NCBI GenBank assembly: GCA_039801565.1 | Contig: JBDRUX010000010.1 | Span: 1 to 35,511, forward strand | Length of the DNA stretch: 35,511 nucleotides | Source of the DNA: a candidate division WOR-3 bacterium | GTDB lineage: Bacteria; Hydrothermota; Tepidihabitantia; Tepidihabitantales; JAOUPE01 | Direction of reading: 5' to 3' | The notes under the pieces: generated by a model | Told to the model about the DNA's origin: nothing | Databases searched by the model: none | The model's input: the letters and a program-made list of their open reading frames with translations, nothing else | In this document: positions 1 through 10,133 of the stretch, piece by piece | How positions within the stretch are numbered: the stretch's first letter is position 1 | How the letters are laid out: each line of letters starts with the position of its first letter | Position numbers and translations under genes: made by a program

Positions 1-1037
1 AACCCTAAGGCACCCAGCATCCGAATATAGGTATAGGCTTTAACCATAACATTGAAATTACCATAGAATGCTAAAACTTTGCCGATGCTCTTTGGTCGGT
101 TGTAATCAAAATAATAACCTTCTTTTGATTTTTTGATTACGGGTACCGGCAGAAAAGGTTCTAAAATTTGTTTCACTCCAATTGGTCCAGCACCCGGACC
201 ACCACCACCGTGAGGCGTGGAGAATGTCTTATGGAGGTTAAAATGGACTAAATCAAATCCGACGTCACCCGGTCGGTGAAAACCGAGGTAAGCATTGAGA
301 TTAGCCCCATCTAAATAAAGTAAAGCACCTTTGCGGTGAACTATCTCAGCAATCCTTGCCACATCTTTTTCAAATAAACCCAAGGTATTAGGATTAGTTA
401 ACATTAAACAAGCAACCGATTCATCAGTCACTTTTTCTAAGGTTGATAAATCAACTAACCCGAACGCATTGGATTTAATTTCTAATGCCTCGAAACCCGA
501 CAAGGTAACACTCGCTGGATTTGTGCCATGAGCCGAATCAGGAATTAGCACCTTGGTTCGTTTCTCACCCTTGTCTTCAAAATATTTTCTTACCATCATT
601 ATTCCGGTCAATTCACCGTGCGCACCGGCGGCTGGTTGCAAAGAGATAGCGTCGAGCCCGGCTATCGCCATTAAATATTGTCCTAATTCGTAGATTAACT
701 GTAATGCACCCTGAATCGTCGCAATCGGTTGGAAGGGATGGAGATTAATTAAACCATCGAGTCGGGCAACATCTTCGTTAACCTTCGGATTATATTTCAT
801 TGTACAGGAGCCTAAGGGATAAAAACCTTTATCAACATGATGATTCAATACCGAAAGATGGATAAAATGACGAACTACATCTATCTCCGATAGTTCAGGC
901 AAATTGTTATCGGTACGGAGATACTCCTTAGGAATTGAGTCTTCCGGTTTTGCCTCCGGCACATCTAATTTAGGCAAGGTATAACCTTTGCGTCCGGGCT
1001 GGGAATATTCGAAGATTAGCTTTTCTAAATCAATCAT
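1..1037 (-). CDS. gcvPB: Glycine dehydrogenase (decarboxylating) subunit 2, 3'-truncated by the window edge
   Basis: Not in the ORF track. Manual translation from ATG at 1037 gives [19 protein letters not shown]...[14 protein letters not shown]...QPAAGAHGE...[18 protein letters not shown] (PLP-lysine motif). Lies downstream of gcvPA. Confidence 0.96.
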   Translation of the reverse strand, partial: MIDLEKLIFEYSQPGRKGYTLPKLDVPEAKPEDSIPKEYLRTDNNLPELSEIDVVRHFIHLSVLNHHVDKGFYPLGSCTMKYNPKVNEDVARLDGLINLHPFQPIATIQGALQLIYELGQYLMAIAGLDAISLQPAAGAHGELTGIMMVRKYFEDKGEKRTKVLIPDSAHGTNPASVTLSGFEALEIKSNAFGLVDLSTLEKVTDESVACLMLTNPNTLGLFEKDVARIAEIVHRKGALLYLDGANLNAYLGFHRPGDVGFDLVHFNLHKTFSTPHGGGGPGAGPIGVKQILEPFLPVPVIKKSKEGYYFDYNRPKSIGKVLAFYGNFNVMVKAYTYIRMLGALG

Positions 1038-1228
1038 TTCTTATAACTGCGAATAAAATTGGCAATGGAGCGGTCATAAGTTTTTTCTACTGCGGGTGGA
1101 AATAAGCAACCAGGCAACTCACCATTTTTTCGATGATAAATTATACATTCACAGCAACGGCCTTTCTTGGAACAAGGCTCATAGGTACAGGTGCAATTTT
1201 TAATATTTACCTTGATATTACATTCCAT
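1034..1228 (-). CDS. Small Cys-rich protein, DUF6485-like, probable metal binder
   Basis: 64 aa with 8 Cys ([15 protein letters not shown]...H...LPGC). Start and stop overlap gcvPA (TAATG) and gcvPB (ATGA). Confidence 0.8.
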   Translation of the reverse strand: MECNIKVNIKNCTCTYEPCSKKGRCCECIIYHRKNGELPGCLFPPAVEKTYDRSIANFIRSYKK

Positions 1229-2580
1229 TATTGCTCCCAGGTTTTTAACAATTTTATTAACTTATTCATCTCTTTTCTTGTCCGTTTTTCCGTAACCGCA
1301 ATTAAGAGATAATTTTGCCAATTCGGCTTTGACCTGTCAAGATTAGATAAGTCAATGCCAGCAAAGATATGTTTTTTTAAAGCCGATTCAATAATTTGGG
1401 CTGGTGGTACCGGTGTTTTTACGACAAACTCTTTAAAAAACGGTTTGGAAAAGGCTAGGGCAAATCCTTTTATTTGGCTAACTTGCGAAGCTAAATAGTG
1501 ACTTTTGGCAAAACATTGATTGGCGACTTCTTTAATTCCTTGTTTGCCCATCACTGATAAATAAACTGCAGCAGCAAGCGCACAAAGTGCTTCGTTAGTA
1601 CAGATATTGGAAGTCGCTTTGCCTCTTCTGATGTGTTGCTCTCGAGTCTGCAGTGCTAAGACATAACCAGTTTTTCCCTCAATATCAGCGGTTCGTGCTG
1701 CCAGGCGTCCTGGCATCCGACGAATGAATTCTTTTTTGCAAGTAAAGATTCCTAAAAATGGTCCACCCAAAGAACTCGGTAATCCTAAACACTGGCCTTC
1801 ACCAACCGCAATATCAGCATTGTATTCACCAGGTGGACTTAGGATTCCCAAAGAGATTGGGTCAACGCAAACCACGAGTAATGAACCAAACTTATGAACA
1901 ATCTTTTCTAATTCCCGGACTGGTTCGAGATTACCAAAGAAATTGGGATGTTGAACCAAAACTGCTGCGACTGTGTCATCAATCACCTTCTCTAATTCAT
2001 TTAAATCTATAGCGCCATCATTACTTGGGACAACTTGGATTGGGATTTTCAACCCTTCGGTATAAGTTCTAACTACTTTGATATAATAAGGATTGATTGT
2101 CTCAGCCGCTAAGATTCTGGTGCGGGCGGTTAAATCTCGTACCATATGGCAGGCTTCGGCTAAAGCAGATGCCCCATCGTACATCGAGGCATTGGAAACA
2201 TCCATCGCAAATAACTCACAGATTAGAGATTGATACTCATAGATTGCCTGCAATGTTCCCTGACTCACTTCAGCTTGGTACGGTGTATAGGCGGTATAAA
2301 ATTCAGAACGGGCAAGAATATGATTAACTACCGAAGGAATATAATGGTCATAAGCACCGCCGCCTAAAAAAGAAGTATATTCGGAAAGACTTCGGTTATT
2401 ATTGGCGATTTCGGTTAATAACTGCTTGGCTTCCAATTCGGAAATCGGCTCAGGGAGATTGAGCTTGCCTTTAAATTGTGTCGACTCCGGAATCGTTTTC
2501 AATAAGTCTTCAAAAGAAGCGACGCCGATCGCCTTAAGCATCGCTTGTTTCTCTTCTTCGGTGTGCGGGGTAAACGGCAT
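1228..2580 (-). CDS. gcvPA: Glycine dehydrogenase (decarboxylating) subunit 1
   Basis: [28 protein letters not shown] and [20 protein letters not shown] motifs; operon context. Confidence 0.97.
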   Translation of the reverse strand: MPFTPHTEEEKQAMLKAIGVASFEDLLKTIPESTQFKGKLNLPEPISELEAKQLLTEIANNNRSLSEYTSFLGGGAYDHYIPSVVNHILARSEFYTAYTPYQAEVSQGTLQAIYEYQSLICELFAMDVSNASMYDGASALAEACHMVRDLTARTRILAAETINPYYIKVVRTYTEGLKIPIQVVPSNDGAIDLNELEKVIDDTVAAVLVQHPNFFGNLEPVRELEKIVHKFGSLLVVCVDPISLGILSPPGEYNADIAVGEGQCLGLPSSLGGPFLGIFTCKKEFIRRMPGRLAARTADIEGKTGYVLALQTREQHIRRGKATSNICTNEALCALAAAVYLSVMGKQGIKEVANQCFAKSHYLASQVSQIKGFALAFSKPFFKEFVVKTPVPPAQIIESALKKHIFAGIDLSNLDRSKPNWQNYLLIAVTEKRTRKEMNKLIKLLKTWEQ

Positions 2581-2972
2581 TAGTGGGATGAGTTACCAAT
2601 TAACTCTTCATAGCCTTTGGCATCCAAAAGATTTTTGAGTTCTTCGACATCGCTGATTTTTATTTTAACCATCCAGCCCTTTTCATAAGGTTCTTTATTC
2701 ACCAAATCCGGGCTGGTCCTTAAATCTTCATTAACAGCAATAATTTCACCCGAAACCGGGGCATAAAGGTCGGAGACCGCTTTTACCGCCTCAATCGTGC
2801 CAAAGGCATCACCTTGTTTCACATGCTTACCAATACTGCCTAAATCAACATAGACAATATCCGATAACTGTTCTTGGGCAAAATCGGTAATTCCAACTGT
2901 TGCAATATCACCATCAATCTTTACCCATTCGTGAGTTTTAGTATATTTCAACTCTTCTAAGATTCGACTCAT
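2580..2972 (-). CDS. gcvH: Glycine cleavage system H protein
   Basis: YTKTHEWV, VGITDFAQEQL, lipoyl-Lys motif IEAVKAVSDLYAPVSG; SD AAGGA upstream. Confidence 0.97.
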   Translation of the reverse strand: MSRILEELKYTKTHEWVKIDGDIATVGITDFAQEQLSDIVYVDLGSIGKHVKQGDAFGTIEAVKAVSDLYAPVSGEIIAVNEDLRTSPDLVNKEPYEKGWMVKIKISDVEELKNLLDAKGYEELIGNSSH

Positions 2973-2994
2973 TCCTTACTCCCTTCGCTAAATT

Positions 2995-4095
2995 TCACTT
3001 TCTCGTTCCCTGTTTATAAAATGGTGTTTTGACAACTATTGCCGGGGCATTTGTGCCTCGAATATTTATTTGCAACTCCTGTCCAACACTACTAAAATCA
3101 GTTTTGACATAACCCAAGCCAATCCCTTTTTTTAAAGAAGGTGATAGTGTGCCACTGGTAACAAAACCAATCTTTTCGCTATCTTTAAAGATTTCATAAT
3201 GGGGGCGAGGAATTGCATTGCCAATCATTTCAAAACCGACCAATTTTCTTGATAGTCCCTTTTCCTTAATTATTTTTAATGCCTCGCAACCGATAAAACC
3301 TTCTTTTTTATCTAATTTTGTCACAAAACCTAAACCAGCCTCTAAGGGGTTAGTCGTTTTATCAATATCGTTACCGTAAAGACAATATTTCATTTCCAGT
3401 CTTAAAGTATCCCTTGCTCCTAAACCAATTGGGGCAATGGCAAAATCCTTACCCGCATCAAAAATTGCATCCCAAACCGACGAGGCGTAGCGAGCATCAA
3501 GATAAAGTTCAAAACCATCTTCACCGGTATAGCCGGTTCGGGAAATAAGCATTGAAACGCCAGCAACCTTTGCCTCAGCTGCCCAATAAAATTTTATCGG
3601 CGAAAGATTAATATCCGTAATCTTCTGTAATACCATTTCCGCTTTTGGACCTTGCACTGCCAGTTGGGCAATCTCTTTGGTCTTATTTTCAATTGTCACA
3701 TCACCAAATTTATTGGCAAGAAGCCATTCAGTATCTTTCTGATTATTAGCGCCATTAACGACTAAAAGAATACAATCCGGTAAGTTATAGACTACCAAAT
3801 CATCAACAATGCCACCATCCGGGTAGCAAAAAACTGAATACTGTGCCTGAAAAAGTTGTAACGCCGCAACATCATTGGTTGTCACTCGATTGACAAAGGC
3901 AAAACGGTCTTTGCCAAAAACCTTGATTCGACCCATATGGGAGACATCAAAGACACCAACCGTGGTTCTTACTCGGTTATGTTCGGCGATTATTCCTTCA
4001 AACTGCAAAGGCATCTCATAGCCAGCAAATTCAACCATCCTGCCCTGATTGGCAAGATGTTTATCATAAAACGGTGTTCGTTGTAACACTTTCAA
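2995..4095 (-). CDS. gcvT: Aminomethyltransferase (glycine cleavage T protein). Start more likely TTG 4095 or GTG 4089 than 4173.
   Basis: RTPFYDKH, FAGYEMP, FDVSHMG, SRTGYTGEDGFE, GLGARDTLRLE. A predicted promoter at 4107-4134 lies inside the longer ORF-track call. Confidence 0.96.
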   Translation of the reverse strand: MKVLQRTPFYDKHLANQGRMVEFAGYEMPLQFEGIIAEHNRVRTTVGVFDVSHMGRIKVFGKDRFAFVNRVTTNDVAALQLFQAQYSVFCYPDGGIVDDLVVYNLPDCILLVVNGANNQKDTEWLLANKFGDVTIENKTKEIAQLAVQGPKAEMVLQKITDINLSPIKFYWAAEAKVAGVSMLISRTGYTGEDGFELYLDARYASSVWDAIFDAGKDFAIAPIGLGARDTLRLEMKYCLYGNDIDKTTNPLEAGLGFVTKLDKKEGFIGCEALKIIKEKGLSRKLVGFEMIGNAIPRPHYEIFKDSEKIGFVTSGTLSPSLKKGIGLGYVKTDFSSVGQELQINIRGTNAPAIVVKTPFYKQGTRK

Positions 4096-4106
4096 ATCGC
4101 TTTTTG

Positions 4107-4134
4107 ATGATAATTGATAAATTTCTAAAGTCAA
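4107..4134 (-). promoter_or_regulatory. Putative sigma70 promoter of the gcv operon
   Basis: TTGACT (4134-4129), 16 nt, TATCAT (4112-4107); 11 nt before the TTG start. Confidence 0.6.
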
Positions 4135-4425
4135 GAAAAATTTATTGGAGCGGTAATTATGCAGTGGTGTCAACGTATGAAGTAACGGTGCCGATTAGTA
4201 TTCGTAATGATTAGACTGAAGAATTTAGTGGTAAGATGAACAAAAGATAACGATATCATAAATTCAAACCACCTCTGAACAAATTATTGTTTAATCTAAA
4301 AAGAAAGTGGGTATCATGAGTGGAGCATTACGGTTTTTGTGCTTTTTACGAAGCAGCTGCTTAGTCTTTGGTTTTTGTATTAATTTATTATTAGGATTGC
4401 AGTGATGATGAAGATAACTTTTATT

Positions 4426-4854
4426 CTATCGGGGAAGATAGACCATCTCTTTATGTTTGATTCCTGCCTCCAAGAATTCGTCACCAATTTCCATAAAGCC
4501 AAATTTTCGATAAAAACTTAATACTGGAGTTTGGGCGTTGATAACAATTTTTGTGGGCTTTTTAGATTTTAGATAGCGCATAATGTTATCCAGAAGAAAT
4601 TTACCATAACCCTTGCCACGATATTCTTTTCGGATTGCCATTCGACCAACATACCAGATACCATCTTTTTCAAAAACCCGAGCCGTGCCAATCGGTACTT
4701 TGTCCTGATAGAGTACAAAATGGGTGGCGATTTTATCCCATTCGTCCCATTCTAATTCCGGTGCCACCTTCTGCTCTTGAATGAAAACTTCGTTTCGAAT
4801 TTGGAAAGCATCAGTTAAATCCCCGTTGCCTTCGATTTGTTTTAATTCGGTCAT
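4426..4854 (-). CDS. GNAT family N-acetyltransferase (ElaA/YjcF-like)
   Basis: IRNEVFIQEQ, GRMAIRKEYRGKGYG acetyl-CoA motif, FYRKFGF, FLEAGIKH. Confidence 0.9.
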   Translation of the reverse strand: MTELKQIEGNGDLTDAFQIRNEVFIQEQKVAPELEWDEWDKIATHFVLYQDKVPIGTARVFEKDGIWYVGRMAIRKEYRGKGYGKFLLDNIMRYLKSKKPTKIVINAQTPVLSFYRKFGFMEIGDEFLEAGIKHKEMVYLPR

Positions 4855-4866
4855 TTGAAAATAAAG

Positions 4867-5325
4867 TTAACCCGACTTTTTGGGCTTTTGCGGCTCAATA
4901 TTATGGAGCAAAAAATTGCGTAACGAATATAACATAAGTTTAGCAAAACTTTTTTCTTGATTGTTCTGATTAATCTGTAACTTCCAAGCCCCAAACAGGG
5001 CTATTCCAAATAAAGTAATGAACAGAACTAATGGCAGAAAAAACGGGTTAATTAATCCTATCACCGCCAAAATCACTGTCAGTAGATTAGCAATTATCAC
5101 CAACGAATAAGAACCAGACAGCCAAAGGTCAGTTTGACTATTTTTCTCTTTATACTCGTCGAACGGCGATTTCTCAATAATTGGCTCTGACTTAGCAATT
5201 TCCTCAAGAGAAACTACCTCTTCCGGACGGGGAATTGCCTCGCCACAACTTGGGCAGAATTTATCTTCCGGCAAATTAACTTTATAACCGCATTTGGCAC
5301 AATACCTTTCAAAAGCTTCAATCAT
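4867..5325 (-). CDS. Zinc-ribbon membrane protein
   Basis: YCAKCG...FCPSCG zinc ribbon followed by two hydrophobic helices. Confidence 0.75.
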   Translation of the reverse strand: MIEAFERYCAKCGYKVNLPEDKFCPSCGEAIPRPEEVVSLEEIAKSEPIIEKSPFDEYKEKNSQTDLWLSGSYSLVIIANLLTVILAVIGLINPFFLPLVLFITLFGIALFGAWKLQINQNNQEKSFAKLMLYSLRNFLLHNIEPQKPKKSG

Positions 5326-5344
5326 TTAATTACCATTTAAATTG

Positions 5345-5746
5345 TTACGAGGCTTTTTGGAGTAGTCCTTGGATTCGATCCAAAAGGATTTTAGGCTCAA
5401 AAGGTTTGGGCACATAGGCATCAGCACCGCATTCCAGTCCCCGTCTTTCGTCATCGGGATTGGTGCGAGCAGTAAACATTATGATTGGAATATGTTTGAA
5501 TTGCTCATTCATTTTTAGAAGCCGACAAACGGTGTAGCCATCAATTTTGGGTAACATTAAATCAAGAATAATCAAATCTGGTTGGAATGTCCTAACTTTA
5601 GCTAATGCGCTATAGCCATCCTCAGCAGTTTCGACAAGATAATTGTTTTCTTCAAGACGATGCTTTACTAACTCGGAGACATTGATCTCATCTTCAATCA
5701 AAAGGATTTTCTTTTTGGCTACTTCGTTTTCTGTCTCTGGCATCAC
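5345..5746 (-). CDS. Single-domain response regulator (receiver only)
   Basis: ILLIEDE, DLIILDLMLP (phospho-Asp), MFTA, YVPKPF; overlaps the kinase stop. Confidence 0.93.
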   Translation of the reverse strand: MMPETENEVAKKKILLIEDEINVSELVKHRLEENNYLVETAEDGYSALAKVRTFQPDLIILDLMLPKIDGYTVCRLLKMNEQFKHIPIIMFTARTNPDDERRGLECGADAYVPKPFEPKILLDRIQGLLQKAS

Positions 5747-7233
5747 TCGGCTCGGATATTAGTCGGCAAAACAAAGTAAAAGACACTACCTTTGCCAACT
5801 TCGCTTGTGACCCAAATTTTACCCCGATGGAGTTCGACCGTATTGCGGGCAATCGTTAATCCCAACCCAATTCCGACCTCACCGCTGCCAGCGGGTGTTT
5901 CAATTCTCTCGAATTTTTCGAAAATCCGGTCTAAATTTTGGGGGGCAATGCCAGGACCGGTATCGGAAATACTAACCATCACATAATCTTCATTGGTCGA
6001 AAGCCGACGCGCCTTAATAATTGGAGAATCACCCGCAATCTTCTCGGTAGCAATTGTGACACTACCGCCACGCGGAGTGAACTTTATTGCATTATCGAGA
6101 ATATTGCTGATTAAATGAAAGATCCGGTCACTATCCCCCATAATTATTGGTAAATCCTTAGCTAAATTCTTGGTAATTTTAATCTTTTTCTTTTCCGCCA
6201 AAACTTCTAAACTTTCAACTGCGGCGTCAATCAAGAAATTGATTTTGACCGGTTCCAGTTTCATTTTGACTTTACCGGATTCGATGCGTGAGACTTCAAC
6301 TAAATTGTCAATCATTCGATTAAGCCGACCAATTTCTTCTTTGGCAATGTTAATAAACCGCACTGGCAACTCTGGTGCTTTGGTTACCGCCGCGGTGGAA
6401 AGGAGTGAAATTGCTTCCTTGATTGCGGTAAGCGGAGTTCGCAATTCATGCGAAACCATTGCAATAAAATCGGTCCGCATTCTTTCTAACTCTTTAATTT
6501 GGGTTATATCTCGGAAAAAACAGAGCAAAACTTTTTTTCGATTGCGTTCAATCGGAACCACGCGCAGTTCGGTATCAATCTCCCGTTTCACTTTATTTAG
6601 TAACTTAACTTCATAATGAACCGGCATAATTATCGTTTGGGGTGAATGCAGAATTTTTTCAATTTTCTTTCGTTCGCGCAAGGGAAAGATATTCTCAAAG
6701 TTGAGCGTGTTCAATTCGGCACTGCTGTAGCCAGTCATCTCTTCCAACCGCCGATTAACAAAGGTAAGTGAATGATTCTCAAGGATACAAATCCCGTCTA
6801 CTGCATTCTCGATAATATCTTGGAGCAAGTCCGAAACTTCGGAAGGTTTTGTTTCGGTTTTTTTTGTTTTTTCTATCGGCAAAACTGAGCAGGCACGACC
6901 GACAATTTTGTTGGCTTCCTTTAAAGGCAGGATGAATAACTTCACTGGCATTGGACCGCTGGGGGTTTTTAAGAGTGTCTCCAAAGTAACGATTGACTGT
7001 TTAATGCTTCGGAGATACTCCTCAATCCACTGAATCTCGCTCGGCAAGATTATCTCCCGCCAGGTTTTTCCGACCAATTCCCAATCGGCTCGGAAACCAC
7101 AAAACTGGACGATTTGCTTATTAGCAAATATAATCTGGCCATTATTGTCTTCGATCCATATCCCTTCGGGTAAATTCTCAATAAGATAATTAAAATATTT
7201 AATAGGGAAATCCGAATTCAATTTTTCATTCAA
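5743..7233 (-). CDS. Cytoplasmic PAS-PAS sensor histidine kinase
   Basis: Two PAS-like repeats, H-box VSHELRTPL, N-box NILDNAIKF, DTGPGI, GIGLGL, GKGS; no transmembrane helix; GAGG SD before TTG. Confidence 0.93.
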   Translation of the reverse strand: MNEKLNSDFPIKYFNYLIENLPEGIWIEDNNGQIIFANKQIVQFCGFRADWELVGKTWREIILPSEIQWIEEYLRSIKQSIVTLETLLKTPSGPMPVKLFILPLKEANKIVGRACSVLPIEKTKKTETKPSEVSDLLQDIIENAVDGICILENHSLTFVNRRLEEMTGYSSAELNTLNFENIFPLRERKKIEKILHSPQTIIMPVHYEVKLLNKVKREIDTELRVVPIERNRKKVLLCFFRDITQIKELERMRTDFIAMVSHELRTPLTAIKEAISLLSTAAVTKAPELPVRFINIAKEEIGRLNRMIDNLVEVSRIESGKVKMKLEPVKINFLIDAAVESLEVLAEKKKIKITKNLAKDLPIIMGDSDRIFHLISNILDNAIKFTPRGGSVTIATEKIAGDSPIIKARRLSTNEDYVMVSISDTGPGIAPQNLDRIFEKFERIETPAGSGEVGIGLGLTIARNTVELHRGKIWVTSEVGKGSVFYFVLPTNIRAE

Positions 7234-7292
7234 GCCACAGCCTCACATTCTCTTATTAAAAACTCAAACGCTGCCTTTCCATAATTTATAAA

Positions 7293-7320
7293 AGTTTACA
7301 TAGAATTGGGATATTGTCAA
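7293..7320 (-). promoter_or_regulatory. Putative sigma70 promoter of the kinase operon
   Basis: TTGACA (7320-7315), 16 nt, TAAACT (7298-7293). Confidence 0.6.
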
Positions 7321-7550
7321 TAATATTTTTATTTAAACGACAATTGGCGTTTTTTGCTGCGTAAATTTTTCAATTCAGACATATATTACCGATGCCAGTT
7401 AATTTGGATAATTCTTGTTTTCTTGGTTTAAAATCATTAAAACTGTCTTTGAAGACAAATTCTAAATTCCCCTTATTCCAAAAGAGAAACACAACTACCA
7501 TCATTTTCGCTTATAAACACAATTAGATTAAATTCAAACTAAAATTTCTT

Positions 7551-7575
7551 TAAGTGTTTAATATTTTGATTCTTA
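7551..7575. repeat. 25-bp TAAGT-N15-(A/T)CTTA box, copy 1, containing an IHF-consensus site
   Basis: TAAGT gtttaatattttgat TCTTA; the minus strand reads AATCAAaataTTA (WATCAAN4TTR). Confidence 0.45.
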
Positions 7576-7789
7576 TAATAGATTTGCTTAGGAATATCGT
7601 ATGGGAGGTATTCCTTAGGCCGGTTGTGAAGGCTGTTTAAAGATACCACCTTATTATTTCGTCATTCCCTGCACGCTAATTTCGAATTTTGGTTAGCACC
7701 TTAATTCTTATCAACTTAACGTTGTGTATTTCTTTATATAATATCGTTATTCCCCTTCGATATTCTATAGACCAAAAGGAGGCCAAAAA

Positions 7790-7834
7790 ATGCAAAAGAA
7801 CCTGAAACTAATAACAGTCCTAATTGCCCTTTAA
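7790..7834 (+). pseudogene. 14-codon ORF resembling a truncated signal peptide (MQKNLKLITVLIAL)
   Basis: Perfect AAGGAGG SD about 7 nt upstream of the ATG; basic N-region plus hydrophobic stretch, then TAA. Confidence 0.4.
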
Positions 7835-7884
7835 AATAAAAGAGAGTCACTTCTGTTACCTCTGCTGCCAGCGAGTATCGAGAT

Positions 7885-7912
7885 TTGACAAAATGCAATT
7901 AATTAATAAAAT
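7885..7912 (+). promoter_or_regulatory. Putative sigma70 promoter of the TonB receptor gene (leaderless or near-leaderless)
   Basis: TTGACA (7885-7890), 16 nt, TAAAAT (7907-7912); ATG 7916 and GTG 7922 follow immediately, no SD. Confidence 0.65.
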
Positions 7913-7915
7913 TAG

Positions 7916-10132
7916 ATGGCAGTGAAAAAACTACCAATTCTAATTATTATATTACCAGCAATCGGTTTTGCCAGTAGAATTAAAGGTTTCGTTAAAGACC
8001 AAACCACTGGTGAACCGATTGAATTAGTCAATGTCTATTTAGAGAATACCCCTTATGGTGGAGCAACGAATCGCGAAGGTTATTATCTGATTGATAATAT
8101 CCCTGATGGCAATTATACGATTGTCTTTTCTTATCTCGGCTACAAGACCGAACGAAAAACGGTTAATATTCAGAACAATACCGTCCTAACCTTAAATATG
8201 CAGTTGGTGCCAGAACCAATTGAGATTGGTGAAGTGCGGGTGAGTGCCCGGCGCACCGAATTTGAGAAAAAAGTTAAGACGAGCTCAATCCGCCTTTCCA
8301 ATATCGAAATTAAGAATCCACCCGCGGTAATCCAAGACGACCTATTTCGTTCTTTGCAAGCCCTGCCTGGGATTGTCTCGACCAGCGATTTCTCAACTGC
8401 CCTTTATGTCCGCGGGGGCAATGCTGACCAGAACTTAATCCTTTTGGATGGAGCAAGTATTTATAACCCCGGTCATCTGGCTGGCATCTTTTCTGTCTTT
8501 GACCCGGATGCAGTAAAAAGTGTGGAACTTCTTGCCGGTGGTTTTCCAGCCGAATTTGGTGGTAGACTGTCTTCAGTGCTTGATATCACAACTCGGGAGG
8601 GAAATAAGAATCGCTTGGCTGGTTCTATTGCACCGGGTATCTTAGGCACCAAGGTCTTAGTGGAAGGTCCTTTACCAAAAGGTTCATTTTTAACCTTTTT
8701 CCGTCGGACTTATTTTGACAAAGTCCTCAAATTAGTTGGCATAGATTTTCCTTACTATTTCTATGACTTTAATGCTAAAGCGATTTTTGAATTGGGCCAA
8801 TCTACGAAACTCAGCCTTACTGGCTTTGTTAATACCGACCTTTTGGATTTTGGAACCGGTGGCGAGCGGGTTAATCTAATTTGGGGCAATCGGATGGCTT
8901 CATTATTAGTCAATCATATCTTTAATCCTAAATTGCTCAACAAGACTTATTTTACCTTTAATCATTATCTTTATGATATGAATATCGCATCCAATGTGAT
9001 TAGGGTCAAGGACTGGGTACAGGAATTTACTCTGAAATCTGATTTTACCTGTCTTTTAAATAAAAATAACGAATTGGGATTTGGCTTTGAAGGACATATT
9101 TACGGTTTCCGTTACAACGACAGTCTTTTTGGTGGTTTCAATTATGATATTTATGGCACGCCTTATTATTTCGCTATTTATTGCCAGACCCGTTATCGTC
9201 CTTACGACAAACTTATTATCGAACCTGGGTTAAGAGTCGAAGATTATTTTTTACATTACAAGCAATGGCATAATTATTTATTACCTGGACCGAGATTGGG
9301 AATAAAATATTTCCTTGGTCAAAATACCGCATTAAAATTGGCACTGGGTAAATACTATCAATTTGTTAGTGCCCTGATTCCAGATTTTAATCCAATTCCA
9401 TCTCTATTCTTCTGGGTGCCAGTTTTTGGTGACTATAGACCATTAGATGCCAATCATTATATCTTTGGGTTTGAACACTGGTTTACCAATGATATAACTT
9501 TAACCCTCGAGACTTACTATAAACATTATTATCGGATTTATACGATGAGTGATACGATTGAAGCGCAACGAATTGAAGAGACGATGTTTCAACAAGGAAC
9601 TGGTAACTCTTATGGTATTGATTTGCTTTTGAAAAAAGACTTTGGCAAAATCTCTGGCTGGCTCGCTTATTCCTTAGGTTATGCCCAAACAACTTTTGGC
9701 AAAGCAACTTACTCACCGAATTATGACCGTCGCCATATGTTAAATCTGATTGGTCGGTTTGCCTTACCCAAAGGTTTTTATTTTTCGGCACGCTGGGAAT
9801 ATGGCTCAGGTTTACCTTATACCGAAGTGATTGCAAGAATGCGGCGCTGGGACTTGAGTTTTCGTCACGACCGACATTGGTTTACCTGGCAGGAAATTAT
9901 GGGCAATAAAAATGGTTCGCGTTATCCCGACTATCAGCGACTGGATATCGGTATTGAACGAAATTTCCGAATCAGGCGAATAGATTTACAGGTCTCTTTT
10001 CAGATTATAAATGTCTATAATCATAAAAACCTATTCTTCTATTATTATGACTACGATTACGAACCACCGCCAAGAAAGGCGTTTTATATGCTACCAATTT
10101 TGCCAACATTAGGAATAAAGATTGATTTTTGA
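7916..10132 (+). CDS. TonB-dependent receptor with N-terminal carboxypeptidase-regulatory-like domain
   Basis: Signal peptide, IKGFVKDQTTGEPI..., plug motifs LYVRGGNADQNLILLDG and GGFPAEFGGRLSSV, beta-barrel ending in C-terminal Phe (GIKIDF). Confidence 0.92.
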   Translation: MAVKKLPILIIILPAIGFASRIKGFVKDQTTGEPIELVNVYLENTPYGGATNREGYYLIDNIPDGNYTIVFSYLGYKTERKTVNIQNNTVLTLNMQLVPEPIEIGEVRVSARRTEFEKKVKTSSIRLSNIEIKNPPAVIQDDLFRSLQALPGIVSTSDFSTALYVRGGNADQNLILLDGASIYNPGHLAGIFSVFDPDAVKSVELLAGGFPAEFGGRLSSVLDITTREGNKNRLAGSIAPGILGTKVLVEGPLPKGSFLTFFRRTYFDKVLKLVGIDFPYYFYDFNAKAIFELGQSTKLSLTGFVNTDLLDFGTGGERVNLIWGNRMASLLVNHIFNPKLLNKTYFTFNHYLYDMNIASNVIRVKDWVQEFTLKSDFTCLLNKNNELGFGFEGHIYGFRYNDSLFGGFNYDIYGTPYYFAIYCQTRYRPYDKLIIEPGLRVEDYFLHYKQWHNYLLPGPRLGIKYFLGQNTALKLALGKYYQFVSALIPDFNPIPSLFFWVPVFGDYRPLDANHYIFGFEHWFTNDITLTLETYYKHYYRIYTMSDTIEAQRIEETMFQQGTGNSYGIDLLLKKDFGKISGWLAYSLGYAQTTFGKATYSPNYDRRHMLNLIGRFALPKGFYFSARWEYGSGLPYTEVIARMRRWDLSFRHDRHWFTWQEIMGNKNGSRYPDYQRLDIGIERNFRIRRIDLQVSFQIINVYNHKNLFFYYYDYDYEPPPRKAFYMLPILPTLGIKIDF

Positions 10133-10133
10133 T

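Noticed and set aside
4351..4362. Perfect palindrome AAGCAGCTGCTT
   Set aside because: Single occurrence, no loop and no supporting context
4135..4425. Glycine riboswitch upstream of gcvT
   Set aside because: No GGAGA...CCGAAG...CTCTCAGG aptamer motifs on the minus strand, and the predicted promoter sits only about 11 nt from the start codon
7256..7282. 8-codon uORF (MERQRLSF) in the kinase leader
   Set aside because: Too short to distinguish from chance, and no attenuator structure seen
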